Shown in pieces: positions 13,401-25,904 of a stretch of 64,000 nucleotides of DNA. A program made the translations under genes and the position numbers. The number at the start of each line of letters is the position of its first letter. Within the stretch, counting starts at the first letter, position 1. Where the stretch lies: assembly GCF_006345805.1 (NCBI RefSeq), contig NC_043005.1, forward strand, positions 81,468,001-81,532,000. The letters run 5' to 3'. The notes under the pieces are model-generated. The model had not been told where the DNA came from. It searched no databases and worked only from the letters and a program-made list of their open reading frames with translations. Source of the stretch: Octopus sinensis (Eukaryota).

Positions 13401-14534
13401 ACAACGACGAGAAAGAGGAGGAGAACCAGGAGTATTATTACGGTGATGTCAAGAGTGATTTATATTTGTTTGGGTTGTGGTGACGGTTGTGGTATTCCGT
13501 TCAAGATCAGATTCTATTGACGTCCTTGTGGCTGCTGCTACAACTACTGCTGCTAACGATGCGGTGGTGGTTCAGGGCGAGGGTTACAGTAATTCTGGTT
13601 ATGTAATGCTGCGGATGATATTATATAACACTCAGCATTAGATCACGGTGATGGTGATGACCGTGGTTGTTGAGAAAAGAAAAGAAAACAGCTATAATAT
13701 TTCCGCCTATGGGATTCTTTATACTATAAATTATGACCCTGACGCTGACGATGGCAGTGAGGGTGACGTCGACGTCAACTATTATGATGACACTAAAAAT
13801 GATGATGTTACTTTTTTGTAATATAGTAACGACGATGATGGTGATGATATTAATGATAATGATGAAGAAAAAGGGCTGAGAAGGAAGGCAACAAGAAGGT
13901 CAAGAGCAGCTCCAATGAAGGAGATATACAGAGTATGCTGCTTAAATATTTGGAAAACAAAAAACAGCAATAAAACACTCCGAAAAAATCATTTTCAGTT
14001 TTTGAAAATACAAGAAAACAAATAAAAGCAATAAAACAAAAACCGAAAAAAGAATACGATAAATTCTTAGAATACTGTAATTCATTTTTTTTTTTTGTCG
14101 TGGTGAATGAAAATTTGAAAATATCATGGTGATTAGAAGAAGAAATGTTCGGAATATTCGTGGCCCTTTATTGGAATTGAAAGCATGTAAAGAGACGAGT
14201 ATTTTAATAGTGCAGCATAATGGTGTAATGTGAGAGAAATAGAATTTCCTAATTTCAGTCAATGGCTTTCCCATAAGATTTGATCGTTCACTTCAAGTTG
14301 TCAAATAGCTTATAATTATATGTAATTTATTAAGATGTATAGCTTATATAGATTAGATGAGTAATCCTGCGAGGGACAGGCCATTTGTTCAGCGAAGAAT
14401 ATATACGCCATGGAGACCAGGAAAATGGCTCAATGCCCCTTACAGAATAATGTGGACAAACCAAACTTGAATTATATACAAAATAATGTAAAGAGTTATA
14501 TAAAAAAACCTACATCGATGAACAGGCATACAAA

Positions 14535-15131
14535 TATTCTTTTCTAATCTAGGCACAAGGGCCAAAATTTTGGGGGAGAGGGCCAATCGATTAGATCAAC
14601 CCCAGTACGCAACTGGTACTTAATTTATCAACGCCAAAAGGATGAAAGGCAAAGTCGACCTCGGTGGCATTTGAACTCAGAACGTACAGACAGACGAAAT
14701 ACCTATTTCTTTACTACCCACAAGGGGCTAAATACAGAGAGGACAAACAAGGATAGACAAACGGATTATATCGACCCCAGTGCGTAACTGGTACTTAATT
14801 TATCGACCGCGAAAGGATGAAAGGCAAAATTGACCTCGGCAGAATTTTAACTCAGAACGTAGCGGCAGACGATATACAGTTAAGCATTTCGCCCGACATG
14901 CTAACGTTTCTTATTTCTTTATTGGCCACAAGGGGCTATACTCAGAGAGGACAAACTAGGACAGATAAACGGATTAAGTCTATTATATCGACCCCGGTGC
15001 GTAATTGGTACTTATTTAATCGACCCTGAAATGATGACCTCGGTGGAATTTGAACTCAGAACAAAAAGACAGACGAAATACCGCTCAGTATTTCGCCCGT
15101 CGTGCTAACATTTCTGCCAGCTCGCAGCCTT
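14535..15131 (-). mobile_element. SINE A multimeric cluster (at least 3 units)
   Basis: Repeated core and tail segments. Junction GAAATACCTATTTC at 14696-14709. Confidence 0.8.
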
Positions 15132-15132
15132 A

Positions 15133-15322
15133 GCAAGCGTGCGGATGTTGTAAAACGTTTGCTTAACACATTGTTTCGGATTCAGTCCCGCTGTGTGGCA
15201 CCTTAAACAAGTGTCTTTTCCGACATCCCCGACCTGAACAAAGCCTCGGGATGAGTGGTGGGTTTGATAGACTCACTGAAAGAAGCCCGTCGTATGTGTG
15301 TCTACATATATATATATATATA

Positions 15323-15371
<49 letters not shown>

Positions 15372-15590
15372 ATGTACGTGTGTCTTTGCGCCTGTGTTTA
15401 TCTCCACCACCAGTTGCCAGCGAGTGTTGGCTTCTTTAAGTCCTGTAACATTAATGATTCGTCATAAGAGACTGATAGAAGTACTAAACCTAAAAATTAA
15501 TTACTGGTGACCATTTTTGCGACTAAAATCACTTCAAAGCGGTGCTCATGCATGGCCACAGTCTAGTGGCTGAAACAAATGAAAGATTAA
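15133..15590 (+). mobile_element. SINE family B, diverged copy (tRNA-like head, internal (TA)n(TG)n, tail ...CCAGCATGGCCGCAGTCAAATGACTGAAACAAG)
   Basis: Similarity to the copies at 40547 and 42505. Confidence 0.7.
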
Positions 15591-16007
15591 AGTTGAACAG
15601 TTTGTTGGTGTTGCCTTTTCGTTGATGTCTATTTCATTATATTTCCTTCTAATAATGTAAAAGAGATAACACTCGTAAATTAAACAAACAGCTGCATATT
15701 TTGATAAACAATCCTACTAATACCTGCTTTCTGCAATAGCGTTTGATTGGTAAATCTTCTGTGAACTACACTCAAGATTAAAGGGAAAATTCTTAAGACT
15801 TTAATGAAGGGGAAAATGTATTTTACACATGTGAGACAACTTCCTGTATTTTTGGTTTCTGGATCGTATATTCTATTTACGTTCTTAATGTGTTTTCAAA
15901 TTTGAGGTTCCAGAAAATGGTGCAAGGTGAAAAGTACTTTTAAAGTGTCCTTGTTCTTTGTATTGATTGACTGATTACGTAACTGTGCACATACTTGCTT
16001 ATATGTA

Positions 16008-16402
16008 AGCTAGCAATATCGCCCGGCGTTGCTCGGGTTTGTAAGGGAAATAACTACATAGGCATTTTTAGAGAGTTATAGCCAAAAAATAGCAAAAAAT
16101 GCATTAAAAATGGAAAAAATGGTAATTTTTTTAAAAATCGTTGACTCATCGTAGACATTTTTAGAGAGTTACTTCCCTTATATAATAGCGAAAAAATGCA
16201 TTAAAATGGAAAAGAATGATGGTAATTTTTGTTTTTTAATCGTAGACTCATCGTAGACGCGCGCTAATACCTAGAAGGGCTCGATATGAATCACGACTAT
16301 AAGATACCCGGTTTTGGTTAAACTGCACCGCAAAATGTGGGAGTAGTTAGGAATCTAAATCGTAGGAGACAGACACACAACTTGACTTTTATATATAAAG
16401 AT
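16008..16402 (+). mobile_element. Non-autonomous rolling-circle-like element (CTAGCA..GCCCGGCGTTGCTCGGG start, TTTTATATATAAAGAT end), class unverified
   Basis: The first ~100 bp are shared with 21700-21803 (reverse). It contains an internal ~95-bp tandem duplication. Confidence 0.6.
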
Positions 16403-17439
16403 ATCATTTCAGGTTTCGCGATAATATTTCCTGAAGAGAGAAGCTGCTAAGTCTTATAAATTTTGGTTGTTTTACACAAGATATTCTGCGTTGTTTCTTG
16501 GTTTTCGAAAGCTTCTCAATGTTTATTAACTTTCTGCATTTCAGTTATTTCAGATTCTTTTGGAACGTGATATATATTGATGATTAAAATATTTATTTTA
16601 TGCTGCAATAAATGAAATCGCTCACTAAGGTAATACTTATAAAATAGCTATGACACTCGGGTATTTCAACAGCTATCCAGGATTTTCATATATAACTTCA
16701 TACTCTTAAAATATGGTAAGTGTCACTTTTTTCATTATTCTTCAGCAAATTCCGACAGTTATTCAATGTAGTGTCTTACATAAATTAGCATGACAGTTTT
16801 AAAATATTATACTTTGCAGTTAGGAGGGATTTTATACAAATATTTAAACCACATCCCTAATCCATAAACCATATAATATGCTTAAATGTAACTTTTATTA
16901 CAAGCTAGTGACGGGGGGGTAAATTACTGGAATTTTATGTGAATCGGAAAAATACTCCAAACTATTTTCTAATTTAACAGGCGTGCCGACATCAGATTGC
17001 GTTTTATCACTCCTGAGCCGATAAAAACATTTTCTGAGGTTGACTTAATACACTAAACCCTCCTGCGCAAAAGTTTTCTCGTCTACCGCCTGTATCAGAG
17101 ACTGCCGCTACTTTCAAGGGAAAATCTACGACATTTTATGATAGATTCAGTGCATAAGAATTGTGTGCCTCACATAGCTCCAAGTGAATAATTTTATCCA
17201 GTAGTGGTTTCATGATATTAAGCAGATGTTATATAGGTTAAGTTTTCTTTTGGATACAAAGCACTATAGAAAGTCTAATATATTCAAAATACCTAGTAAG
17301 TCACCCCACAAACACTAGGACGAGTGTTTTGAACGATAGACAACGAAGCACTTGCAAAGGGCTTGAACATATAGCGTTTCAGTAAGTTTTTAAATGCATA
17401 AATTTATTGTTCTCTTTTTACTTAAGCATTAAAGCATTT

Positions 17440-17737
17440 GTGGAGGCGCAATTGCCCAGTGGTTAGGGCAGCGGACTAGCGGTCGGAGGATCGTGGTTTC
17501 GATTCCCCGACCGGGCGTTGTGTGTGTTTATTGAGCGAAAACACCAAAAGGGTCCGGCAGGGTGTGGTGGCGACCCCTGTTGTACTCTTTCGCCCCAACA
17601 TTCTCTCACTCTCTCTTCCTGTTTCTTGAGTGATGCTGCGATGGACTGGCGTTCCATCTGGCTGGGCGAAACACATACGCCATAGAAACCGAGCCCATGA
17701 GCCTGGCTAGGCTTCAAAAGGGGCACATATATAAAAG
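17440..17737 (+). mobile_element. SINE family E, full-length, with 12-bp TSD
   Basis: tRNA-like head GGAGGCGCAATTGCCCAGTGGTTAGGGCAGCGG...GGTTTCGATTCCC. Perfect TSD ATTAAAGCATTT at 17428-17439 and 17738-17749. Confidence 0.85.
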
Positions 17738-20700
17738 ATTAAAGCATTTACATAATACCAGAAGTATTCGTTATAATATCAAAATCTTATACAATGTTTT
17801 CGACCTACATTAAATGATGACAAATTGACTATCTTGACTAATATGCATTAGTCTAATATAGAGAAATTTCCCAGTCTCTATCGTTTACATATTTCCATGC
17901 GATAATTAACGCACTACGCGGTCTATAAATATAAAGCTAAACTAAATTGACATATAATTTGATGTTTAGGTTTTGCTAATGTGAATATTTGAAATTCAAA
18001 TCTGAGAAGATTAGTTAAATTATTAATTAAGAATCTAATGTTACTATGTCGTTGAACTATTAATATTAATTTTATAAGAATAAATGATTCGGAAATATTT
18101 AATCTTTATTCGAAAAATGTAATGGAAGCAAATTTCATTTGAAAAATATAGCGGAAAAATTACTAAATTCAGTGAACTGCTCGCTTAATTCAATAGTGAT
18201 GATGATGATGATGATTGTGGTGGTGGGGGGGTCAGAAAGAATGGCGTACAAGATATTAAATTTGCATTATATACAAAATGTGTGAACTTATGGAAGATGG
18301 ACCCCTCCTGATGGGATGAGCTTCTGATTAGTATTCAGTGAAGTATCCAAACGACCCAGAATCATTATGAACACCATGGTGATCCTGAGTCTATCAAAAA
18401 GGCCAAAACTTTCGAGCACGGGTATCAGACGAGTGCATCGACTTTCGTAACTGATTAGAACTTTTTTTTTTTTTTTGACACTAATGGAATGAAAGCAAAC
18501 TTAAAATTCATGGATTCTGTAATCAGAACGTGAAGAGATGCCACCAGATATCACTGCGCATTTTCTCAGCTGCTCGCTTTAACTATTCTATCAGTCTTCT
18601 ATGAATGATTTATGTATCCGTCATAAGGGTAATTGATGCGGTCGACGTTTAACAAAGAATTTGGAAAACCATGGTTGTTTAGTTAGAATTAAGCGATTAA
18701 GGAAAATATTCGAGCAAAGAATTCAACATTATATAAAAGAGAGAGAGAGAGAGAGACAACTGAGCAGAAGCATCGTAATAGAATGGCAGTCACAAACTGC
18801 CTAGTACCTGTTTGCCGAAAGATGAATGAGAGTAGTTTATATGGTCCAAATTAATGGGCATGTTCCCTATTTATACCAATAGATGGTGTAGCACAGCTGT
18901 ATAGCTTTCCATCGGGAATCTTTCCTAAATGAAAATAATCACCAATGTAATGTTTGTGCAAACTTTTTTCCCTGCAGCTGACACATTGCCAGAGTCCTGT
19001 TGCTTCAAAGAGTGAGAGAAGTTGAATTTGTACGTTTGCTGGCAACTACCTAGCGATCAAAAAGAATATGCAGTTTACCTGTGATTTCCCGCCTCTAAAC
19101 AAATAGGTGTGGGCCTATTGAACTGGGCCATATAAAAGTCTCGCTCCTATCTTACAGCAACTATATTGAAAAGAAAAGCTTTTCGTTTCTCAATTCCAGC
19201 GGCATGTGATGGTTGAGATAAGAGTTCCTACGACAGAAACCATGTTCGTCTTGCTTTTACATGTTTACTCATTCCGAAGACCTTAAAATTATTAGTGTTA
19301 AATAAGCATGGATAGCACTAGTTCACTCTTATTGGAAATCGACAGCATGATATAGCCCGAAGTAAACAAATGACACTAAATTACGAAATGAGATATTAGT
19401 TACAGATTAATAATAGTTAATTTGAGAGACATTCATAATTTGTGTTTTTTCTTTTTTCCTTCTTTATCTTCATAGAACGAAACATTATGGTACCGTTCCT
19501 TTCAAGTGTGCATGACAAAGTAGAATGTATCCTACATTTGCTAGTTGCCTATGTACTTAAGAGCAAATATATATACTCTCAGTTTTCCCACCCTTTGTCC
19601 AACGAAGACAGTAACTAAAAGGAAAGAGAGCTCGTTGGTAAGTAAATCGTACGTTATATCTACAGAAAAGTCTATCATACTATTAAAAAGAAATAAAGCA
19701 AAAGAAGGAAGTCCGTAAACTTCTAAGCTGAAATTTTTAGGTTATTAGAATGCGTTCATTGTTTCCTATTTCATCTAATATGTCTTATTTATTTTATTTA
19801 CTTATTTATCATAATCATCATTATTATTATTATTATTATTATTATTGCAATGTACAATGTACAACATACAATGTACAGCTACATACAACGGTGGCATTTC
19901 TGAATGAAATTTCTTATTGAAGGAGATATACGGGAATCGTTCGAGTTGAATTCTGAACATTCTGCTGTAAACCAGATCGAATCAATCATTTTGTCATTTA
20001 TCACTTTATCATAAAAATATATTAGGAATTATATTTTTCTGGCGATATTGGTACGGCAATCGCAAAAATGTAATAAGTAACACGTATGTTCTACTTTTAA
20101 ATTCACAACGTTTTCTATGTTATCTTTAAAATAAACATTTTTCTTTTAACAGATTATACTAGATTACTAAGATTTCGTCTATGTTTAGATAACACCTAGC
20201 ATACATTGCGGTATTTTACCGGAATCCTCATTCAATGAATGCTTATCTGTTTCTTTTATTTTCTGAGCAAATAAGCTGAACGGAAAAGCGTACAGAAATG
20301 GAGAAAATATTAGAAAAGTAGAAAAGAATTAGAGTTATGAAACATACTGTGTGTGAGAAGAGAAATTATTATAAAACTTTTGTGTTCGTTACAGAATGAC
20401 TGTAGCTAGCATCGTAGTACATATGTCAGTAGTTTGAAAATAAGATAAAACATGTTACCAAGCGAAATTTCTAATTATTTCTTATAGAACATAGCCGTTA
20501 TGGTTTCCTTAGAATGTATGTATGTATATATGTACGATGAAGCTTGTCTGTTTATCTAGCGTTCAGCCCCGAATAAAATATTTGTTTACGAAAAGATTAC
20601 CACAATTTCTTATAAGACAAACAAGTCTTATTTTTTAAATAGACTTTAAAATTATTACCGATTGGAACTATATACCATATTATCTTGTGTTATGCTTTTT

Positions 20701-21030
20701 CGATATTGTCAATAAAAGAGTAAAAAGTTGGGAAATACTTTGCTTGGTAGAATACTTAAGCTAAGTTAGGCTAAAATATATTGACGGTTAACCTTGCAAA
20801 AGAAAGCATAGTTTGTGACAAACTGTGCTCACAAAAATGCCATTGTGATTCGCCTTCTTGATCGTAACATGCTTCCTTAAATCTCTTTTGAGTCTTGCAT
20901 GCAATATCCTGATTTCTCAAAACGCTTTCACTCCACTCCACAATTTTATTCGCAATCCAGCTTGATCCGAAGCAAGTCTTCTGGATCAATATGTATATAT
21001 ATATATATATATATATATGTACAAACACAT

Positions 21031-21400
21031 TCTTTTATTCTTTTATCTGTTTCAGTCATTTGACAACGGCCATGCTAGTGCAATACATTTACTCGAACTA
21101 ATCTACCCAACGACTTATTCTTCATAAGCCTAATACTTATTCTATCGCTCTCTTTGCCGAACCGTTACGTTACGGGGACATAGACACACCAACATCGCTT
21201 GTCAAGTGATGGTAGGGGGACAAGTACAGACATATATATATACAACAGGCTTTTTTCAGTCTCCGTCTACCAGATTCACTCACAAGACTTTGGTCGGGCG
21301 GAGGCTATAGAAGAAGACACTTGCATAAGGTGCCAGGCAGTGGGACTGAAACCGGAACTATGTGGTTGGTAAGTACGTTACTTAACACCACTCCTGCCCC
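21031..21400 (-). mobile_element. SINE B copy
   Basis: Reverse complement of family B head and tail. Confidence 0.8.
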
Positions 21401-21424
21401 TATATATATATATTTATATATATA

Positions 21425-21803
21425 TATATATATAAACGGCAGTTTGTCTGTGAGTGTTTCTGTGTGTCTGTTTTCTTGTACTCTCACCCTGACCACGGCT
21501 TTCAACCGATTCTGATGAAACTTGACACACACATAGCCCAATGTCATAATTTAAAACTAACACAGCGAAAATTTTGAAAAGTTCCCCCAGTTCTGAAAAA
21601 AATCGATAAATTCGACATGGGGTCGAGAATTAGAAACACAAACCGCAAACTGTCTAGGGGACGCAACTCCACCTTTTTTAACTAGAAAAAGAATTTACCA
21701 TCATTTTTTCCATCTTTTTGCTATTTTTTGGCTATAACTCTCTAAAAATGCTTTATAGTTATTTCCCTTACAAACCTGAGCAACGCCGGGCAATACTGCT
21801 AGT
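21425..21803 (-). mobile_element. Related rolling-circle-like non-autonomous element
   Basis: The minus strand starts ACTAGCAGTATTGCCCGGCGTTGCTCAGGTTTGTAAGGGAAATAACT and ends ...ACAAACTGCCGTTTATATATAT. Confidence 0.6.
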
Positions 21804-22558
21804 ATATATATATATATATATATATATATACTTGTATGTGCCAGTCAGTGTATGTGTACGTATATATATTTGTATATATGTATGAGTGTACTCTTATATA
21901 AAAGAAATTAATCGTTCCTATTTCAAATAAACTAAATCTTAGAAACGTAAATAATTCGTTCTTAAGGAAAATACATTAATGCTTAAATATCAAAACCTTC
22001 TAAACGTGTAACAAACGAGTAATTTCTAATAAATACTCAAATTAAAGATAAACACCATGGAAAACAATTTGGTAATTAATAAATTATATTTGATAAAATT
22101 ATATTAATATGAATATAATGATTAAGAGATCGAAATTAATGTACTATAAAAATGAACGTTATGTCAGCTAAAATTAGTAGAAAAAAATGTGAACAAATAC
22201 ATAAATATTAACTAGGCTTATGAAAAATAATGCCATTATTACGAAAGCTTTATATAAACTTTGAAAAGAATAGAGATAGATGGATAGAAAGAGAGAGAGA
22301 AAGAGAGAGGGATGGGAAGAGAGAGAAACTTATGTCAGTGAAACATTTAATTTAAACTCTAGCTACAGATAATAAAGGGAGGGGATAATGAGTCTTTACA
22401 AACTTGAATCTAAGGATTAATATGCCGTTGTGACGTATAGCACGTAGATGTAGTTGCATGTATACGGTTATCTAGGCGTGAGGGAATGTGTATGTACCTG
22501 TGGATGCCAGTCAGTGTATTTATACAAACATTTGTACAAACATTTGTATATATATATG

Positions 22559-22589
<31 letters not shown>

Positions 22590-22629
22590 TATATATATCT
22601 ATACAATATGTTACATTACTCGGTAGTCA

Positions 22630-22692
22630 AGATAAAACTCTGAGTTTCAGATGCCGAAGTGGAAATCCACAACACCATCTCTTCGGTTATCT
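22630..22692 (-). ncRNA. Identical hammerhead-like fold in the PLE left (inverted) arm
   Basis: Exact reverse complement of 25684-25746. Confidence 0.6.
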
Positions 22693-23535
22693 GGCTATTT
22701 GAAAACGTTATGAAAAAATACCGTTAAAAATGAAGGGAAATTACTCTGTTATAACTCTGCTTTGCCTGCGTACTTATACATCGCTCGCATTTTTCGTCAT
22801 AAAAATTATATAAAAATACATAAAAATATATAAAAATATATAAAATCTTCTTGGGACATAACACAGAAAGCATGTTCTATCCGTTTTCTTTAGGGGACCA
22901 AAAACGTAACAGAAATTTAGTCACATGTGGGCATGATCCGAAAAGCTCTGTCCTTGTATTTAGACATGTGGTAGGGTCTAAGCTGCTTTTCCAGATAAGC
23001 CATCTCTCCATGTCGCATAAACCGCACCTTCCGCTGCCGTTAGTATAGGGCTTACATCTGGCCAAAATCTTCCATTGTATGTTATAATCGACACCTTTAT
23101 CTCTTAAAGACCAAAATGATTGGATAATTGTGTCACTTTTCTTTTGTTCCAGTGCCTAAAGCTCAAAGTGTGGTTATTGAACCTGGCCTTGAAATTACCC
23201 TCTGTCAGGCCCACGTATTTCTTCGTCGAAACGGTGTCTTTAGTGGTTATAGAGTTTACGGTAGCTTCATATGATGGTCTTGGACATGCAAGCTCCTTTA
23301 GCGGGCACAATTCTTTATTCCTGCATGAACAGCTGTTTTCTTCTTGTGTTTTTTGTATGTTATGATTGATTATGTTTTTAAAATTGGTAGTTGAACTAAA
23401 ACTAATTTTTAAATTGTGTCTATTAAAGAGTTTCCTATAAGCATGGTTAACTGGAAAATGTCTATCTATCAGTGCTAGGAAATATTTACCTATATTGAAG
23501 GCCACCTCGGGTGAGTAAGGGGGCGTAAACCAGAA

Positions 23536-25499
23536 GCGAACACCAAGGAAAACATTTGCTATCGGATAAAATCCAAAAAATTCCCTCCTAGGATTAAAGG
23601 CTTGGAAGATTTCGAAGCGGACCTGCTGAAGATCATGAGCAAAATAAAGTTTCGTAAGTCTTTTAACAATTTCCAACATAAATTGAAAAAAGATATTGAT
23701 CATATAAAAAGCTCCAAGAAAAAAGCACTTTTTTCGGATAAAACCAAGAACTTATACCTGGTAGATAACAGCAAATACACACAACTCTTACACAACAGCA
23801 TCATTAATAATTATACTAAGGCTAGGGCACAGACATATAACGACATTAATAAAGAAGCTAGCGTCATCGCCGCTAAACTTAAATTAGATAAAAAAATAGA
23901 AACCCTCCCCCAAAAGAGGCCTTTATTACTATTAAAGACCACAAAGAAAACTTCCTTTCCAACCCTAAATGTAGGCTTATCAACCCAGCCAAGTCAGAAC
24001 TAGGGATTATTAGCAAAGAAATTTTAGATAAAATAAATACGAAAATTAAGACCGATACTAGGCTAGTGCAATGGTCCAATAGTATAGAAGTCGTAGACTG
24101 GTTTAAAGCTATTAAGAATAAGAAAAAAGCGAGGTTTACACAATTCGATATTGTTGATTTTTATGCCTCTATCTCTAAAGAACTGCTAGATAAAGCCCTA
24201 ATCTTCGCTAGTGACTTCATAGAAATTAGTACCAATGATAAGGATATAATCTTCCATGCTAGAAAGACATTACTTTTCAGTGAGAATGCAAAGTGGGTAA
24301 AAAACACCGACACGGAGGGCGCTTTCGATGTGAGCATGGGTTCATATGATGGGGCAGGCATCTGTGATCTAATTGGACTCTTTCTCCTAGATACCTTCGG
24401 TAAGACATTCCCTAACGTACATTTCGCCATCTACAAAGATGATGCCCTCGCCTTAACAGCTAATACAAATGGACCAGCACAATATCGTTTTAGGAAGGAT
24501 ATTATCCAGTTAATGAAACACTTCGGACTTAGTATAACTATAGACACTAACCTGACGGTTGTCAATTTCTTAGACGTTTCCTTAGATCTTAATAATAATA
24601 TTTATAAGCCTTATAGGAAGCCCAATGATAGACTAAGTTATATTAATGTAGGTTCATGCCATCCCCCTATAGTATTCAAAAATTTAGTTAAAAATATTAG
24701 TAAGAGGATTTCTAGCCTCTCATCTAATGAGGACATCTTCAATAGCGTTGCCCCAGTTTATAATAAAGCTTTAAAAGATAGTGGTTTTAGCGAAAAAATA
24801 AAATATACACCTATCACCAGCCCAACAATAAGGAAAAGGAATAATAGAAATAGGAAGGTCATCTGGTTTACGCCCCCTTACTCACCCGAGGTGGCCTTCA
24901 ATATAGGTAAATATTTCCTAGCACTGATAGATAGACATTTTCCAGTTAACCATGCTTATAGGAAACTCTTTAATAGACACAATTTAAAAATTAGTTTTAG
25001 TTCAACTACCAATTTTAAAAACATAATCAATCATAACATACAAAAAACAACAAGAAGAAAACAGCTGTTCATGCAGGAATAAAGAATTGTGCCCGCTAAA
25101 TGGAGCTTGCATGTCCAAGACCATCATATATGAAGCTACCGTAAACTCTATAACCACTAAAGACACCGTTTCGACGAAGAAATACGTGGGCCTGACAGAG
25201 GGTAATTTCAAGGCCAGGTTCAATAACCACACTTTGAGCTTTAGGCACTGGAACAAAAGAAAAGCGACACAATTATCCAATCATATTTGGTCTTTAAGAG
25301 ATAAAGGTGTCGATTATAACATACAATGGAAGATTTTGGCAGCGGAAGGTGCGGTTTATGCGACATGGAGAGATGGCTTATCTGGAAAAGCAGCTTAGAC
25401 CCTACCACATGTCTAAATACAAGGACAGAGCTTTTCGGATCATGCCCACATGTGACTAAATTTCTGTTACGTTTTTGGTCCCCTAAAGAAAACGGATAG
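23536..25499 (+). pseudogene. PLE reverse transcriptase + GIY-YIG endonuclease ORF, frameshifted
   Basis: ORF pieces 23602-24003, 24066-25082 and 25087-25398 join into one protein. Motifs: QFDIVDFYASI, GVSMGS-like DVSMGSYDG, IYKDD catalytic motif, NFLDV, WFTPPYS, IIYEATV...KYVGLTEGNFKARFNNH (GIY-YIG). Frameshifts occur near 23912, 25050 and 25340. Confidence 0.9.
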
Positions 25500-25683
25500 A
25501 ACATGCTTTCTGTGTTATGTCCCAAGAAGATTTTATATATTTTTATATATTTTTATATATTTTTATATAATTTTTATGACGAAAAATGCGAGCGATGTAT
25601 AAGTACGCAGGCAAAGCAGAGTTATAACAGAGTAATTTCCCTTCATTTTTAACGGTATTTTTTCATAACGTTTTCAAATAGCC

Positions 25684-25746
25684 AGATAACCGAAGAGATG
25701 GTGTTGTGGATTTCCACTTCGGCATCTGAAACTCAGAGTTTTATCT
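25684..25746 (+). ncRNA. Variant minimal type I hammerhead-ribozyme fold in the PLE terminal repeat (right arm)
   Basis: AGATAA-CCGAAGA-GATG..CATC-T-GAAA-CTCAGAG-TT-TTATCT. Stem I is AGATAA/TTATCT, stem II is GATG/CATC, stem III is the palindromic ACTC-A-GAGT, and the putative cleavage triplet is GUU. The core deviates from consensus (U4C, one extra U). Confidence 0.6.
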
Positions 25747-25839
25747 TGACTACCGAGTAATGTAACATATTGTATAGATAAATTTCCTCTATTTACATAA
25801 TATTGAGGTCTCTTTTTCTTTGTTATCTTACCGTTTTAT

Positions 25840-25899
<60 letters not shown>

Positions 25900-25904
<5 letters not shown>

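Larger units (their letters stand above)
22596..25780 (+). mobile_element. Penelope-like retroelement (PLE), 5'-truncated, with an inverted copy of its 3' part (left arm 22596-23534, right arm 24862-25780)
   Basis: The left arm is the reverse complement of the right arm (TATCTATACAATATG... / ...CATATTGTATAGATA). RT and GIY-YIG coding lies inside. The left end abuts a (TA)n tract. Confidence 0.93.
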
